From: Nageia nagi
Lineage: Eukaryota; Plantae; Pinophyta
Length of the DNA stretch: 64,000 nt
Direction of reading: 5' to 3'
Assembly: GCA_050084985.1 (NCBI GenBank)
Contig: JBITNC010000001.1
Coordinates: 3,782,001 to 3,846,000 of the forward strand
Shown one piece after another: positions 25,701 through 40,700 of the stretch. Made by a program: the position numbers and the translations under genes. Below the pieces are notes generated by a model. It did no database searches and had not been told where the DNA came from. It was given only the letters and a program-made list of their open reading frames with translations. Position 1 is the first letter of the stretch. Each line of letters starts with the position of its first letter.

Positions 25701-28700
25701 TTGTATCGGTATGTGCGTTGCGTGTGTGCATGCCATAATAGATTTGATGCCTTTAGGGCATCACTTCTAATGGCCTATTTGTACCCCATTTGGGCCATTT
25801 AGAAGAGAGAAAAGGGAACGTATGGGATTTTGCATGAGGAATTTTGATATGATCTTCTACTATTTTTGCATGGGACTTTGCACATAATGAAAGCATCATA
25901 TACTGGAGTTCTTGCATCTTGAGATTGTGGCTATTGAGTTCATTCATATAATCATTTTGATTTTTTGCATATCATAAGATCCACGTTCCATTGCATAGAA
26001 GATTGCTGCATAAGGGGTTCTATGCATGTTCTGTTATTGGAAATCAATATGAATGTGTTTTGTTTAGAGGAATAAAATCATAAACTCATACTGTGAGGAA
26101 CATCATTTGTGGGATTATGCATATATGAATGTTTCTCTCTATGAACTGTATATTGTTTATTTTGTGAAAGAGTCTGATCCTTGTTTTGCATAGTTTGCAT
26201 GCAAGCAGATATATTTTGAGGCTTACAGCTTGTATTTATATCATTCGGTTAGGTTACTGCACTTACGCCCTCACTCCATCTTTACCCTTTCCGTTGAGTC
26301 CTCCATAAAGACCCTACAACTTCTTGCTCTTGTCTAGCAGTGATTTGAGCATATTTGCTATTTATTGCCCGGGTTGATAGTGAGTGTATCGACCTTAATG
26401 AATCTGAAGATGACCTGCCAAGACACTGTATCTCTGGTGACACCCTCATAGATCCTTTCCTTTCCTCGCATTCCCTTGCATTTATCCCTATGTTCTTCCC
26501 CTGCATTTTTGATCTTTCTTCGCTTTCGTTCACATTTGTAGTTTTTCCTCATCAAGGAAAGGAATCTTCTCTTGTATACGGTTAACAACATGCATCTCTG
26601 ACTTTTGAGCCATCAAGACCATATTCCATGTGAGCACTTGGGGTAACCAGTCCTTTCAGGCGGGAACAAGTAACGCCGTTTCCTCCAAGTCTTCTACATG
26701 TTTTGAGCGAAGAAATAAAAACATACCAACAACATGGTTTTAGGAAGTTGCATTTGCAACATTTTGGTTTGGTGTGATCAATGGATAATTGACTCCAAGC
26801 AAAGTTTAGCTAAGTATTAGCAAGTTGGGTCCCTCCAAGCTTGGTCATATGTTTTTAGAAAGATAGGTGGTTGCGGGTTTCAGAAAAGACATATTTCCAT
26901 CTTTTTCAGGAGGTGCGACCAAAGCATTTTTCAAATTTGATACAACCAGATATCTCGAAGTGCAACTTTAAATGTGCACCCATAAAAGGTCCAAGGAGTT
27001 CCAAAGATGAGTTCGTCCAAGGAAGAAATGAAGATAAAGGAAGATAGTAAGAAGCAAATCACAGCCTCGGGAGTTCAAGTCAAGAATGCTTTAGGAAATG
27101 ACGACTAACACAAAAGGGGAGGTTGAGAAAAAGGATACAAATATGGTAACCAATGAGCACCCATTTGAAGATTTTAAGAAAAAGTATAACTTTAATATGG
27201 AAACTTGCATCAAAGATTTGCACAAAGATAAGAATACACTCTCTGTTACCAAATTTATTTGAAGAAGAACCCCGAGAAATCACAAGGTCCAAAAGTTTGC
27301 ACTCAAAAGATGGAGATAGAGAAAATCCACTCCATCGGTGAAAAGCACATAGATGACATCAAAAAAGCCATCACCAAGATGGAAGAACTCCAGAAAGACT
27401 AGAGCTTTGTTGGGAAACATGAGACTTCTAATGAAGGGATGACAACACCTTGAAGGATGTTTGTTTATGTATGCAAAGTTTTGGGGCAAGCACTGTTTTG
27501 TTTACTTGAACTGTGAAGATGAATTGAGCTCTCACGGATTCAAAGTCAATTGGTCAAGATTATCAGATGTATTTAGTAGATTGTTGTGTCTTTATTGGTG
27601 TATTTTGTCGGTGTTAGGCTATTTTTTTGTCATAATTGTGTCAGAGAATATTAGGGTTTTGTTAGAGTATTAAGGCAACATTGCATTGAGCTCTCACGGA
27701 TTCATTGCAGTTGCTTTTGAACCTATAACTACCCTAGAAGGGTTTTTTAGAAGAAGAATGATATGAGAGAATGATAGGGGTAGAATGAAGACTAGTGTAA
27801 TTCGGTAATGATTCATGTGCTTTTGTTCATTTTCGTTGAAAACCTTGAGTTTTAGGAAAAGCTAATTGCATATCTTTTGAAGCTACTGGATTGTTATCTT
27901 CCATAACTTGCATTATAAGTGTTCTCATTTTGGAAAATAGTTACTTTTTATGTCATTTGGTTAGAAATTTTCATTTCAAACTGTGGTGACCTCATTTCTA
28001 TTTTTTGTACTGCTTAGTGATCTACTTCTTGCTCACTCTTAGTGACAATTTGGACTCTGTCATTTGTCTTTATGTTTGATGAATGGATGATGTTTCTTAA
28101 TAAATTCAGATAGTAACTCTTCTAGACCCTGCACACTGGTGAATAGCCACCTTTGCTATTTTAGCTCGAGTCATACACATCATTCTCAATTTTCTTTATT
28201 TCTTTATTTTAAACCCAACAACTTCAATCGTTGCAAACACTCCAGAGGCCTATAAACTGTGAGTTAACACCCTCATCTCTTCCTTTTTGAGCTGTCCCAA
28301 AGATTTACAAGATTTACTAAGAGCTAATTGTATATTTTTTGTCTAGAGTCACAAGAGGATTTCAAGCTTCAAAGACATATAAACATTGGGGTATTAGTCC
28401 TTTCAAGAGGGGATAGGTAATACTATCTCACTTATGATATTGAGAACCTTTCCCTATTAATCTCACCAAGGCAAGATGAAAGAAATCCATCCCAACAGTT
28501 TCTATCTAAATTATGACATAGAGATGTTGAGCCTACATGGTTGGAATTTATGTGGATGCTTATGTGAAGATTTAATTATGTAGATTTTTCTTTATAGACT
28601 TATGAACTTGAAGCAGAAAGCATGGGTAGAATACTTTTATAATGAATTTGTGAGTATCCTAAATTTTACAAGGGATGTGGTTCCAAAGGTGGTTATGAAG

Positions 28701-31700
28701 ATATTGCACCAAACAACATGACATTAAAAAAACCACAAAAATCCATGTTCCTTGATCATTAAGAGAGGCAATGCATCTTGCCAAGAAGATTTAAGCCACA
28801 ATTGGGTCCCAAAATCACTATAATGGAAGAAAAGATTTTCAAGGAAAATTTCTAGTAACACATGACGAGGAAACAAAAAATGTGCAAAGGAATGTTCCAT
28901 ATAGTATATGTTTGTGAACAAAATAAACTCTTTAGCATGCATGGCAAGGAAGAGGAAGATGAAGAACCAATATTAGAGGAACTTAGCCATGAAGAGCAAG
29001 TGATCAAGAAGTTAAAGAAGACGATGATGAACAAGTGTTAGTTTCTATATATGCATTAATGGGTAAGACTTACCATTGAACTGTTAAAGAGCAAAGTTAT
29101 ATATTTAAGATCAACTACATATGGTGTTGTAGACAAGAATAGAAGACAATATATTAAAATATGTACAATTAATTCTGCCTACAAAATAAAAAGTAGATTA
29201 AATAGCATTATGCAGGAATTAGATCTAGCTCACTAGGTTAATTGCAAAAACTTGGATTGGAGATACAAAGAAGGCTTGTCTAGAGGTTGTGCTTTGGAGG
29301 TAGGTTGGCGAATAACTTATGAACTTAGAGGGCGAATCCTAGTGTTTTGGAGTGTTTGTCGATATATGAGAGTGAGCAGATGACAAATCTAGGTGATACT
29401 AGGCTATGATTGGCTTTTGGGAATTGGTTCAGGGTCAATTCCATGTAAGGGCCAATTTCCCCATGTTTGGGGACAATGGCCCCATAACGCTTAGCTCTAG
29501 AATGCAAGACCCAAAATGCCATGTTTTGGGATTTTTGAAATTTGGAGTTATGGTAGAATTTGGTTGATGGGTTTTGTGGAACTGCCCACAAGTTTCACAT
29601 TTGGCTTCTAGAATTCAGCTTTAATACCTATAACTTTGGTTTAAGCGTTAAGGAAATATTGGAGAAGAATTGTAGACGATGTTAGTATTAAGGCTTTCAA
29701 AAATAAGATATAGAGTTTGATGAAGCCTTGTGCAATTGCCCTTGGTATGATTTTGCAAGATGTTGTTAAGCACAATCAAATCAATTCTGAAAACACATGG
29801 CGATCAAACTTGTTGTGATACGGTTGGAGACCTATCCTTGTCCCAAAAGCTGAAAAGGGAAAGTAAAAGCATGGATGACCACATTCTTTCCAAGCAAAGT
29901 GAATGTGATTAATTACCCTTTTTGCTTTGGTCTGCATGTGAAGACTTGTGCTGAATAGGTAGCTTGAAGCAAAATTATTAGATGAAAAACTAATGAAATG
30001 CCATACATTGCCTTCACTTAAAGGAATTGCAATATTCATATTGGGTGTTGAGTGATAATTCAGGTCTTTTGATAGGTTGAAGGACAAATCTGAAAATGAT
30101 AACTTTGATGATCACATTGATGGATAATTCTGAGTTGCCTGTTATATTGGACAATTAATGATCATCTTCTGGCTGAAAATCCTGAAAATATGAAACAGAA
30201 ATGCATTTTGTGACAATAGATTTTAAATTGAGAATGTTTGTACAATCTGAGAATGATCATGATAGAGATGAACGTATATAGAATTTCAGCTTATGATTTT
30301 GTATGCAAATTGAGGCGAACTGGCTTCCAAATTGATTTTGAAGCTAGAATCTTAGCATTCTATGTGTTGGGAGGCAAAATGTTGGCATTTTGAGCATTCA
30401 AAATTAGAAGTTTGGCATTCTTGACCTTGGGTGCCAAAATGTAAGCAATTTGGGCATCAAGTCCTAAAATGTTGGCATTTTGGGATCCATGTTAGAATTT
30501 GATAAAATTTGCAATCTTGCCAATTCTAGGGTGATTGTGGTGCGATTCATTTTTGAAAGCAATGCCCAAAGATTGATGTAATGTCCCAAATATTTTCCAG
30601 CTTGTACATATTTTTACTTTTCACGTTTTAGAGTGTTTCAAGGTGTTCTTTAGCAAGATTCACTAAGTATGATGTAAATATTTGGCTTAGTATTGTTATT
30701 TTTATATTTGGTTATGTTTTGGATAAAATCCAAGTGTATTTAATACCTTGGCAAGTGTAAATCCGAAAATCACAACTTCCAAGACTATTTTGAAAATAAG
30801 GTTTGATGTGTGGATATGAACAGACATTATTTAATGCTATTTGGCAGTTGTAAATCAAATTCATTGATCTTGGTCATATTTTGTGAATTCCAAAACTGAT
30901 TTGAAGATAAGGATGAGATTTGGGTTGTAAAAGCAAGATAGGGGCTTCCTTAGCTAAAATGTGGGTCCCTAGGATCATTTGAGCACATATCCAGCTGAAT
31001 TTTGGATGGTTAGAGTGCCTATTTGGGCATTAAATACATTACATCCAAATTTCATCATTTCCAAGGGCATATCTCAATCATTTCCAGCCATTGATCAAAT
31101 GTGATGGTTGAGAATAAAATTTGTCACTTAGGTTCAAGCTTATATATATGAAAGAGAGGCTCATTTGCTCTCATGCTTGAATAATATTTGATTTTTCTAT
31201 CTTGGAGATCATTGTTGTGGCTAGCAGTAATTTATTCCTTTGAAGATTGGAAATCCTTCAAAGAGGGAAACCCTAAGAGATCCAACCTCTTAGAGGCTTA
31301 GTCTTTCAACCCTAAGCTTGTTTCCTTAAGGCAGATCCACATATGGTTTGCATTTGTGCTCAATTTGTTGAAGAAGATTCATTGTTGGAGTTTAGATCTA
31401 AGAGTTTACACCCTCAAGGTGTAATGTCCAGCCCTAAAGAGACCTTTTCTTGAGTTTGGCAGCTGTTTCAATTTTTTGGAGGTAACATCCAGCTAGGGCA
31501 TTTCTGGAAAATGTTTTTTATAATTCAGATTCAACTCTTGGAGTAGATCTGTTGATTTTTTGGAGTTTAGCCAAATCTGAATTTGGGTTTGTAAGATCTC
31601 TATTTGAGAACAATTGCATTTTGTTTTGTTAATTTTTTGTTGATGAAATAAGGATTTTTTTGTGGCTAAAACAATAAAAAAAATCAGATCTATATTTGTT

Positions 31701-34700
31701 GGTTTTTTTGTGCAAGTTTTCTATATATTTTGGTTGTCACATTTCATTTGAGATTATAATTTCAAAGCTCATATATTAGTTAAATGACATCAAAAATAAT
31801 AAAATATCTACATAGAATGTTATTAGGAAAGAATGTGATTGGTAATTCATTCATTTGTTTGCTACCTAATAGAAAGGATAGAAATATCATAGACAAGAGT
31901 GAGAATTTGTTGTATACCTTGATTTTGTTGATTTTTTGATTTGTGAGGGGATTTAGGAGTTCTTAATCACACACACCCATTAGAATTGTAGTGAAAATTC
32001 ATACATGCTACAATGGGGTGCAAAATCTTTGCCAAAGTGGAGATGAAGGTTGATTTCATTAGGGGGTTGTCAAGAGATCACTTCATAAGTTGAATTGATG
32101 AGTATTTTGTGAATTCTTCTATTTTTATGGCTAGGATTTTAATTTTTAATTTTACTAATTTTAAGTGATTTTTTTTTTCATTTTTTTCTAAAAATTGTTC
32201 AATGGAACATTGTAGCCCCAACAGCATGCACCTTTGAGCAAAGTTTGGGCCTATTATAGCACCTTGGTTGGATTGCCCATGTTTTGAGTTGGGGATCCTA
32301 AATCGCTTATGTTCTTGGTTGTTTTTTGGATTGCGATGTCCAAAGTGTTTGCATTTTGAGACTGGGTATCTTAGAATGCATCGATTAACAACAAAATTTG
32401 GTTTCTATTTGGTTTTTGGATTTCTCTATTGATATTTGCTGATTTCTCAATTGATATTTGCTAACTTTTTCAATTTCTTGATGGCATGTTAGGTAGCAAT
32501 TACTTTAGGAACTACTTAGAGTGCAACCATTGATATTTTGTGAGGTTATGAGCTTACTATTGATGAGATCAAGGTGTTAGAGACTGTATCTTTGTTGATA
32601 ATGTTGCAAGTGGCACATTTGGTTCTTGATTTCAATTTGTTGACTAATTTAGCTAAGAGATGGGATCCAAATACCAATATGTTTCATCTACCTTTAGGTG
32701 AGATGATTGTCACTTTGGAGAATGTGTATCAAATTATGGTTGTCTCCAACCTTGGCTGATTAGTATATCTTTGATACAATTTCATTGGCTCCTTTTGATT
32801 GCAAAAAGGATGCTCAATGACCTCAATCTATTGAGCATTAGAGATCATAGAATAAAAAGACAATTTTTTGAAAATACGGCCCGGGGCCAAAGACATAAAA
32901 ATGGCCTTTAAACGGTCAAAATACGTTGAACACGACAAAAATTCACAACTCTAAAAATACGTAAATATGGAAAAAAGGGGAAAAAATGAACAAAAAATAG
33001 AAAAGAAATGGAAAAGATGGGGAAAATACGTGATCAAAAAATGGAAAATACGGCAAATAAATGGACAAAAGATGGGGAAAGGATGGAAAATTCAAGGAAA
33101 AAACATGATGCATTGAAAAATAAAAAAAAAATGCAATTTTTTAACTTTTTCTATACAATATGCTTATCTAATTACCATAAATGATTAAATCATTCACATA
33201 AACGATCATATCATCTACCAACTACCAAGTTACAAACACATTCATATTTCATAAATCATATCATCGATATATGAAAATGAAAGGCATCTACAAAATGTCT
33301 GTTAGATCATAAGTTATAAATCTACTACTACTAGTACTGTCACTACTATGACACTGTCCCATACACTCATAATGCCACTAAGTGTCCACTGCTAAGCACC
33401 AACAAAGTACAAAATACAAATAATCATAAATAACTAAATACAATGTCTCATGAGTCATGACTCCATGTGTGGGCATTGGGGACTCATCAATATGTGTGGT
33501 CCAGGGCTCCAACCCTTTTACTATGCAATTGGCCACCACCACTAGTACTACGGCTACCAGTACCATTACCACGTGCTCCACTAATAGGTGTAGTAGGAGA
33601 CTGATAATGAAAAGGTGGTCTCGTAGGGGTAGGAGTACTACGAGGAGGCAATCCTAAACTACTAGAACCGCCACCAACACTCTTACGAGGCTTTTGCCTA
33701 ATCCTCTAGTACCGAATGAGTGGCTCATCATCGTTAGGCTCACTCTCAATGTCTCGGAAAACCCAACGCTCATAAACCTAGTGAGGTCCAACACCACGAT
33801 CAATCTCCACAGGAGGAAATGGTTCAAAACGCTGATGCTCCTCCTCCTTGCCCTTATTTGCAAGTTCATCTATCTCCTGCTCTATGTTAATCCATTCTCG
33901 AAATGCTTCATGTAACTCCTCTGGATCTGCCACTACATCCACTGGAGGTGCATCACTATCAAAAAAATAAAAAACAAGTCAACATTTATAATTTTATAGG
34001 ACCTATCAAGATATTTTAAAAATCACATGTAGGGGGGTGCTAGGTGGGAGTAAAAACCAAGAAGATAACCTATATGAGGGATCAATGGTAGTCAAGTTAA
34101 TGGGCTCATCCTCATCCTTCTTTTGCAGTTGCCTCACATACAATCGTAGGTTGACATAAATGTACACAATATCATTCAAGCGTTGGGATGTCAACCTATT
34201 AACATAAAAAAAATGAGATAATGATAATTGAGAGTGAGATTCGAGAAATAAGAAATTTCCATTGCATTATGAAAGTTGAAAGGAATCACAATTGGAATGA
34301 ATCAAATCACTAACTGTTGCGCTTCTTGGAGTGAATTTTTTCAAATGCACTCCAATTGCGCTCACATCCTGAAGCGCTACACGTTTGACTAAGGATGCGA
34401 ATGACAAATCTTGCAACTCAGGTGTTTCACCCCCAAAATTCGCTCACCACAACTCTAAAAAATGTAGTAATATCAAATCAGAAAACATTAAATATTTAAA
34501 TGCCTAAATGTATAAACTTAAAACTTAGAAGTAATGCATGAACTTTGTATTTTTCTCACCTGGAGCAATCGTGAAATGTGCCTCTCTAGTAGATTGATAC
34601 CCAAAGAGGCCTCTTGAGTGCTTGTATGACTTAAGCTCCTTGAAGATTTTGGATTGAGTGGTAGGATCCTAAACCATACCAACTCCACATTTTGTAAGCC

Positions 34701-37700
34701 CCAAGTTAGCATGAGTATCAGTTTGGTGAAAAATACAAGATAGGGTTTAAGATGGCCCCTGCTCCATGAATAGGGCGATACAACATATTCCACCACCGTT
34801 CATCAATGAGAGCCCAAAACTCCATGTGCTTGTTACCAAACTCATTATCTTCATCAAGGTGGTCAATAGAGTAATGCATTATGGCCTCCTTGGCCCTAGC
34901 CATAGCCTCACACAAATAGCCCATAGTGGCTTATCACTATCAACCAGACGTAGGACTCGTACAAGTGGTCCTGTCATGCTAAAAATCTCTTTGAGCATTG
35001 CCCAAAAATCATTCGTGGATATCAATGAAGACACGACCATACCCTCTGGCCTCATGCTCATGGCTATTTCACTCCACTCTCTAGAAACAAACATGGAACG
35101 CAACTCATGCATGTTTCGAAATAGCGATTGAAGGCTGATGAAATTGGAGGCAAAACATGTAACTCCTGGGCGCAACAAGTCCCTGTTGTTGGTGTACCTC
35201 CTCATCATACTAAGAACAATGGTTTTATTATAAATATACCTGGTAACACAAGATAAGAAATTAAGAATCAAGATAATCTAAGAGTAAGAATATAAGATAA
35301 GAAAAAAATATGATAAAATAAAACAAGATAAGATAGATGTACCTTGTGATTGTCCTAGCTTGGGCAACCACCTCTTTCACCCAAGCCATTTTTCCTATGT
35401 CCTCCAAAAGAAGATCAATGCAATGACAAGTACATGGAGTCCAGTACAAGGAGGGATACATATTCATGAGCTTGCTACCTGCCGCAACATAACTAGAAGC
35501 ATTGTCTGTGATCACCTGAACAACATGCTCCAACCCCACCTCCTTCACAAACTGATCCAATAAGTCAGATAACAAGTTTGCATCTTTTGCCTTATTAGAT
35601 GCATCAACAGATTTTTTAAATATTGTCCCATATTTGGAGTATACCAAAAAATTAATCAAGCTTCTATTCTTACTATCTGACCACCCATCAGATAATATTG
35701 TGGAACCTGATAACTTCCAAGATTCTTCAATATCAACCATTCTAAAAATAGTAAAATAAAAATAAAATAAATTATAAAACAACTAAATAAAAAATGTAAT
35801 TTAAAAAATGTAATACATATTGTCTATTGAAATTTGATATCACTATTTACGTACCTATCACGGACTTCTTGCTTAAGATCCTTCATGAGAGACCCTTGCA
35901 TTTCTGCATGAGTAGGGCCCACATACCTAGGTCTAGCGTTAGCCACTGCATCGATCATTGGTTGCCAAAATACACTCCTAGTAATGTGGATTGGAACTCC
36001 TTCATAATAGATCAATTTCGCCAACATCAAATCAGCTTCTTTCTTCTCCTTCCTCTTCAGCATACTCATAATGGATTGTTGGGATCCAGGAGTTGTTCGG
36101 GGTTCCAACTTTTCCAGGGTATCCACTTCCACTAGGTCTACTAGCACTTGCACTTGCACTGCCACCTATACTTGGATTGGACACATTTCCACTTGAAGAG
36201 CTTATCCCTCCTAACTCCATTCGAAATGCTTGTTTCCTCTCTTTTTTCTCAACAATAGAATCCAAGGCTCTAATTGCGTCCAAAGCAAGATTTGGAGTTG
36301 CTTTTGGGCAACTCTCTACATCGCTCCTTGGTCTCCCAGAAAGATGCCCTTTGAACCTTGTAATTGTTCCCCGGATAGGCTTGCCACATAGATTGCAACT
36401 GAAATGTTGAAAATTGCCACGAACCCCCTCAATTGGAGTCACATATTGCCAAAACCTATCCAACTCCTTCGGCATTTTGGTGTCTTGGAAAATCTCCCTC
36501 AATCAATAATGGTCTAGCTCCTCTCTCTTTCTCCAAGCCTTGCAAAGCAAAAATGAGGGGAAAAACCCTTCCCCCCCTTTATTCCTTCTCCCCAGCCGCC
36601 TACCACATCCCATGTTTTGGCAGCGTCTTTGGCATTTTTTGGTTGTTTAAACGGCATTTAGACGCAAAAAAATGTTTTTTGGTGTCTTTTCCTTCCAAAC
36701 ATGGGTTCTATCTCTGTCAACCCACGTCTTTTCCTCTTAATATGCATTTTTTCCATGTTTAAATGTTGTTTTTAGATGCAAAAAATGCCAAAAACGGTGG
36801 ATACGGCAGGGTGTTTTAAGTTCCATTTTTCTTGCGTTTTTCTAACATCTTTCACGTTTAAACGGCGCATTTTGGAGGAAAAAACTGTGTTTAGTCGGTT
36901 TGTAAAATTTGTGGTTAGACCTATGTTTTTTCAATGTATTCAACATTTTTTCCACATTTAGACATCGTTTAAACAGCTCGTCTTTTGAAGTTAAAAATGG
37001 CGTTTTTTTCCGTTTTTTGAGGAAAATTCGGAATTTTCCCAAAAAAGGAAAAAATGCCGTTTTTCACGTTTAAACGCTGTTTTTTTTTTCTATGTTGGAG
37101 ATGCATATTAGGTGTATTGACTATGGAGGATATGATATGGAGACTGTACTTGGGATTTCACAGTTGGGGTGAAGATTTCCATGAGTTGGGTCATGTTTGA
37201 TGGAGTTTCTAGCTTGAGAGTTGTCACATGTTTGTTGAAATGTATTACTTGCAATGCATATTGAGGTAATTTGAGCTATCCCAAGATGTACTAAAGGAGG
37301 CTCCCTACATAGCCCATTATGCCATAAAGAGGGATCCATTTAAGAGGGCCACCCACTATCCTGCTTGGACCGTTGATTGGGATGAGGCGAATTACGATTC
37401 TCCCATAGATATAGATGAGGATACAGTTGATCTCGGACATACTAATGCATACAAGAATTGGTAGATGGTCGTGAGGCCAAATTCCATAGGCTTCCATGAG
37501 GAGGATCCTATGGATTCTAAGAAGCAAGATGGTAGTATAGTGACGATAAGGATGATGAGAATGCTTCAAAAGACTTGCGGGTGTTGCCTTTTTCTATGTT
37601 TTGAGTAGATTGAACATGGCAAGAGGGAGATCCATGTATGTATCTCATTACATTTAGGGCTAGTGATAAATACACAAGATGAATAATGGGATGCTAATAG

Positions 37701-40700
37701 CGTTATGGTAGCTAGCATGGAGGAGTGGCAATCCCTCATTTTATATACCATCAAGGTAGTTCTCATTGGAGGAGAGGACATGTGGGCTTGGTTTTCAAAG
37801 AGGAATGGGTTTGCCCTAGTGATGGAGCTGCATGATAGGAGAGCTAGAGATGAGGCTAAGTTAAAGGGACAATGAGGAAGGATTCGGGACCTAGATGGAT
37901 ATGTTCAGCAGTTGACCTTGAAGGTGCAACAGGTGCAGATAGAGGTTGCTAGGTGAAAGGCAAAAAACTCGACTAGGGCTAGTATACTCTCGCCAAGATA
38001 TAAGTAAAATTGAACATAGTATTGGGCATTAAATGATAATAACAGGGAATAACACTTCTCTTTGTATTTCACACATCTCTTTGAGGGGTAACCTCCCAAT
38101 ATGAGTGAACTCAATACAAATTATATGCTAACTCATGGCTTACATTCTTGGCCTTTATAAGAGAAATATCCAAGGTAACATATTCTGTTATACACCTTTC
38201 CTTAGATATACCATATATTCCTGTAGATAATATTATCTCATATCCATTATTTGTCTACACCTATATTTCCTTACAATAAGATATGACATGTATCTTCTCC
38301 TTTACAATAGTGAGTGACATGTGTTCACCCATAATTTCCCTTACAAATATGACAAAGCTGGCACATGACAGAAGGTGATTACTTTGCTATCATGGTGAAT
38401 TTACTTAGTGAAATGGATAGGCCTTCCATCAGCTGAAACTACAGTGGTGTCTGAGGCAGAACTGCAAAGACTTGCACTAGGTCTATTGGAGGAATTTCAC
38501 CAGCAATGTAAATTTGATTTTTGAACCATGATCAAAATTTCTGACTGGGAGGGAGTGATGCAAGAGCATGAATCTGTCAATGAAATATTTTTAGATGGTA
38601 GTTGAGTAGATAAATGATTAAAAAAATAAAAGATAAAAACAAGAATTATTTTTAGAATGCAAGGAAAGCAAACTCATGTAAATGTTATCATTAATTGAGT
38701 AACTGCAATTTTAATCAGGTGGTTGGGATAAAAACATAGTTTGCTTGAAAATAAATAGGTCGCCTGCATAATAAGTTAATTTCAGTTTCCAATTTAATAA
38801 AACTCCAGAATGTGTTGGAGATTGATGTCGACAAAAGACAAATTCTCCCATTGGACAGTCACCATGATTGTAGACATTCTTGTAGATAGGATGAATGTAC
38901 TATTACTTGTATCATAACAACTGTAAGAAGATTGAAGATGCAATATACGAAGTGTGTGGAATAGAAGTGGAGATTCTTAGCAAAATCCTTGTTTTCTAAC
39001 TGTGTTTACTGTCCATTATTGTTAATAGTCTATTGTCATCTTTCGGGGATTATAACTTAAGATTCGTGCACTGTTCCAACTTGAAACTTGCATTTCTGAA
39101 TATCCTTTTCCCCACAGATGCCAATCCCACTCTCTGTACCTCATTCTATGCAACTTCCCAGACCGTCTGCGGTCTTTTTATGACAGGTGTAGACTGACCA
39201 CGGTCTTGTCACTGAGTCTTTTGACCTTCTGAAGGCTGTATTCATCATCCTCTTGAGCTGGGGAACATTGTTGGTCCTTAAATGAGGTCAATTTGATCAG
39301 TTTCAGCCCATTTTCCACAGAAAGTTCTACAAATTTGCCTACGTAATTATTATCTTTATGTAGGACACTGGATGAAAATGATCGAGGAGAAAATCTTTTA
39401 ACATGATTTTCTGGCTGTCGCTATTTGTTTGTATGGTGAGTATCTTTTTTTTCTGGGTGTGCTGCAACATTATCCTCTCTCCAAATATTCTTATGCTAAT
39501 GGATTGTTTGGACATGCATTCAAAGAAAGTGATAGGGGCAAGAATTTGCTCTTTCCTATGCATTTGATGCATATTAAATAAGCTGACTCTCCAAATTGAA
39601 CATGCATTAAGAGAAGTTTTATTGTTGTTTTTTGATTTCTACATATTATTTTAATTCTGTATGTCTATAATTGTTAATTTCTTAAACAATTTATTTTTCT
39701 TCTTCATTAATTTGCATCTGTAATGTGTTTTCAACAGTGACTTATTTCTTGCGTTGTAAGTTTGGGATACATTGTATCTATGTTTTAGATCTTCCAAATG
39801 AGCTTTATATTTCTGACTTTATATCTAATATCATAAAAATGCTTTGTTTTTACAATGTACGACTTCATATCCGTAGATGTCACACCATTAGGCACTTTTG
39901 AGTACTTTGATCTGCATCACTTTATTTTATCACATTTTCTATATCTTGAATCTTGACAGATCTGGCCATGGGCTCCTTATAAATTTCATACCCTGTAACA
40001 ATGGTAGTTCTAATTCTAAACCAATGTCTTGCTGGTTCACTAAGAGTGGATTTTTCCCCATGATTTTTCTGGATGATTTCATCAAAGTTTGTTCTTTTTA
40101 AAATGATTTTTTGGTCAATGTTACTTTTTTTACTAAACAATATTTCACATACAAACTCCATGTCTATCTACTTTATAATATTTTGGTTGCTGATTCTTTT
40201 TGAGCTTTCAGAAAATGCAATGGCAGAACTTGGAAGAGTTCTTATTTACGAAGCATCAAGAGATTGGTTGGTAAGTTAACTGATTGCTTTTACATCACAT
40301 GAATGTTTTGGTATGCATTCTTGTATAAGAATTTAAGAATCCAGCTCTAGGGATGGGACTAATTCAATATCATTGACTTGCACAAACTTTGAATGACAAC
40401 TCTATGTTTTGTCAACAACATTATTCCTTTCACTGAAAATGCAACTTTTAATTGTAGTTTTCTTATGGAAGAGGAATTCTTGACGGTAAGATCAGACTAT
40501 CAGCATCTTTTGATAAACATCATTTGTGCATTGTCATTGTAAAATGATAATTTGTGCCTTACTTTTCTGTTGTGAAAAGTGTGGGTTGTCTTTTCATTGT
40601 GGTCATTATTGCAGTTTCTATTTTAGCTGTCATTTTTAGTATCAATTGGCAATTTGACACTGCACCTTATTTGATTTTCTATATCAAGTGTTACTTATCT

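Larger units (their letters stand above)
20128..26731 (+). mobile_element. hairpin-ended element, copy D (gene-carrying), nested in C
   Basis: TGTTGTGCCTACACAACA...CATACCAACA with TSD GCATG/ACATG. It interrupts a GTGGTCGCATG motif of C. Confidence 0.9.
19069..28497 (+). mobile_element. hairpin-ended element, copy C (~2.8 kb without nested D)
   Basis: TGTTGTGCCTACACAACA...CATCCCAACA with perfect TSD GTTTC (19064-19068 and 28498-28502). Confidence 0.92.
18640..29150 (+). pseudogene. highly degenerate gypsy gag/protease remnant, split by copy C
   Basis: Fragments LKPPKF, WMNQI..LHNIP and AWNWFL (the last spans the C insertion site), then PTWLEF, LKQK, a zinc-knuckle-like remnant and VSIYALMG. 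Confidence 0.55.
32500..38000 (+). pseudogene. plant mobile domain (PMD/MAIN-like) ORF remnant, interrupted by the hAT element
   Basis: LLTNLAKRWDPNTNMFHLPLGEMIVTLENVYQIM matches the PMD motif ERWRPETHTFHLPxGEMTITLEDV. The continuation after 37102 is weak. Confidence 0.7.
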
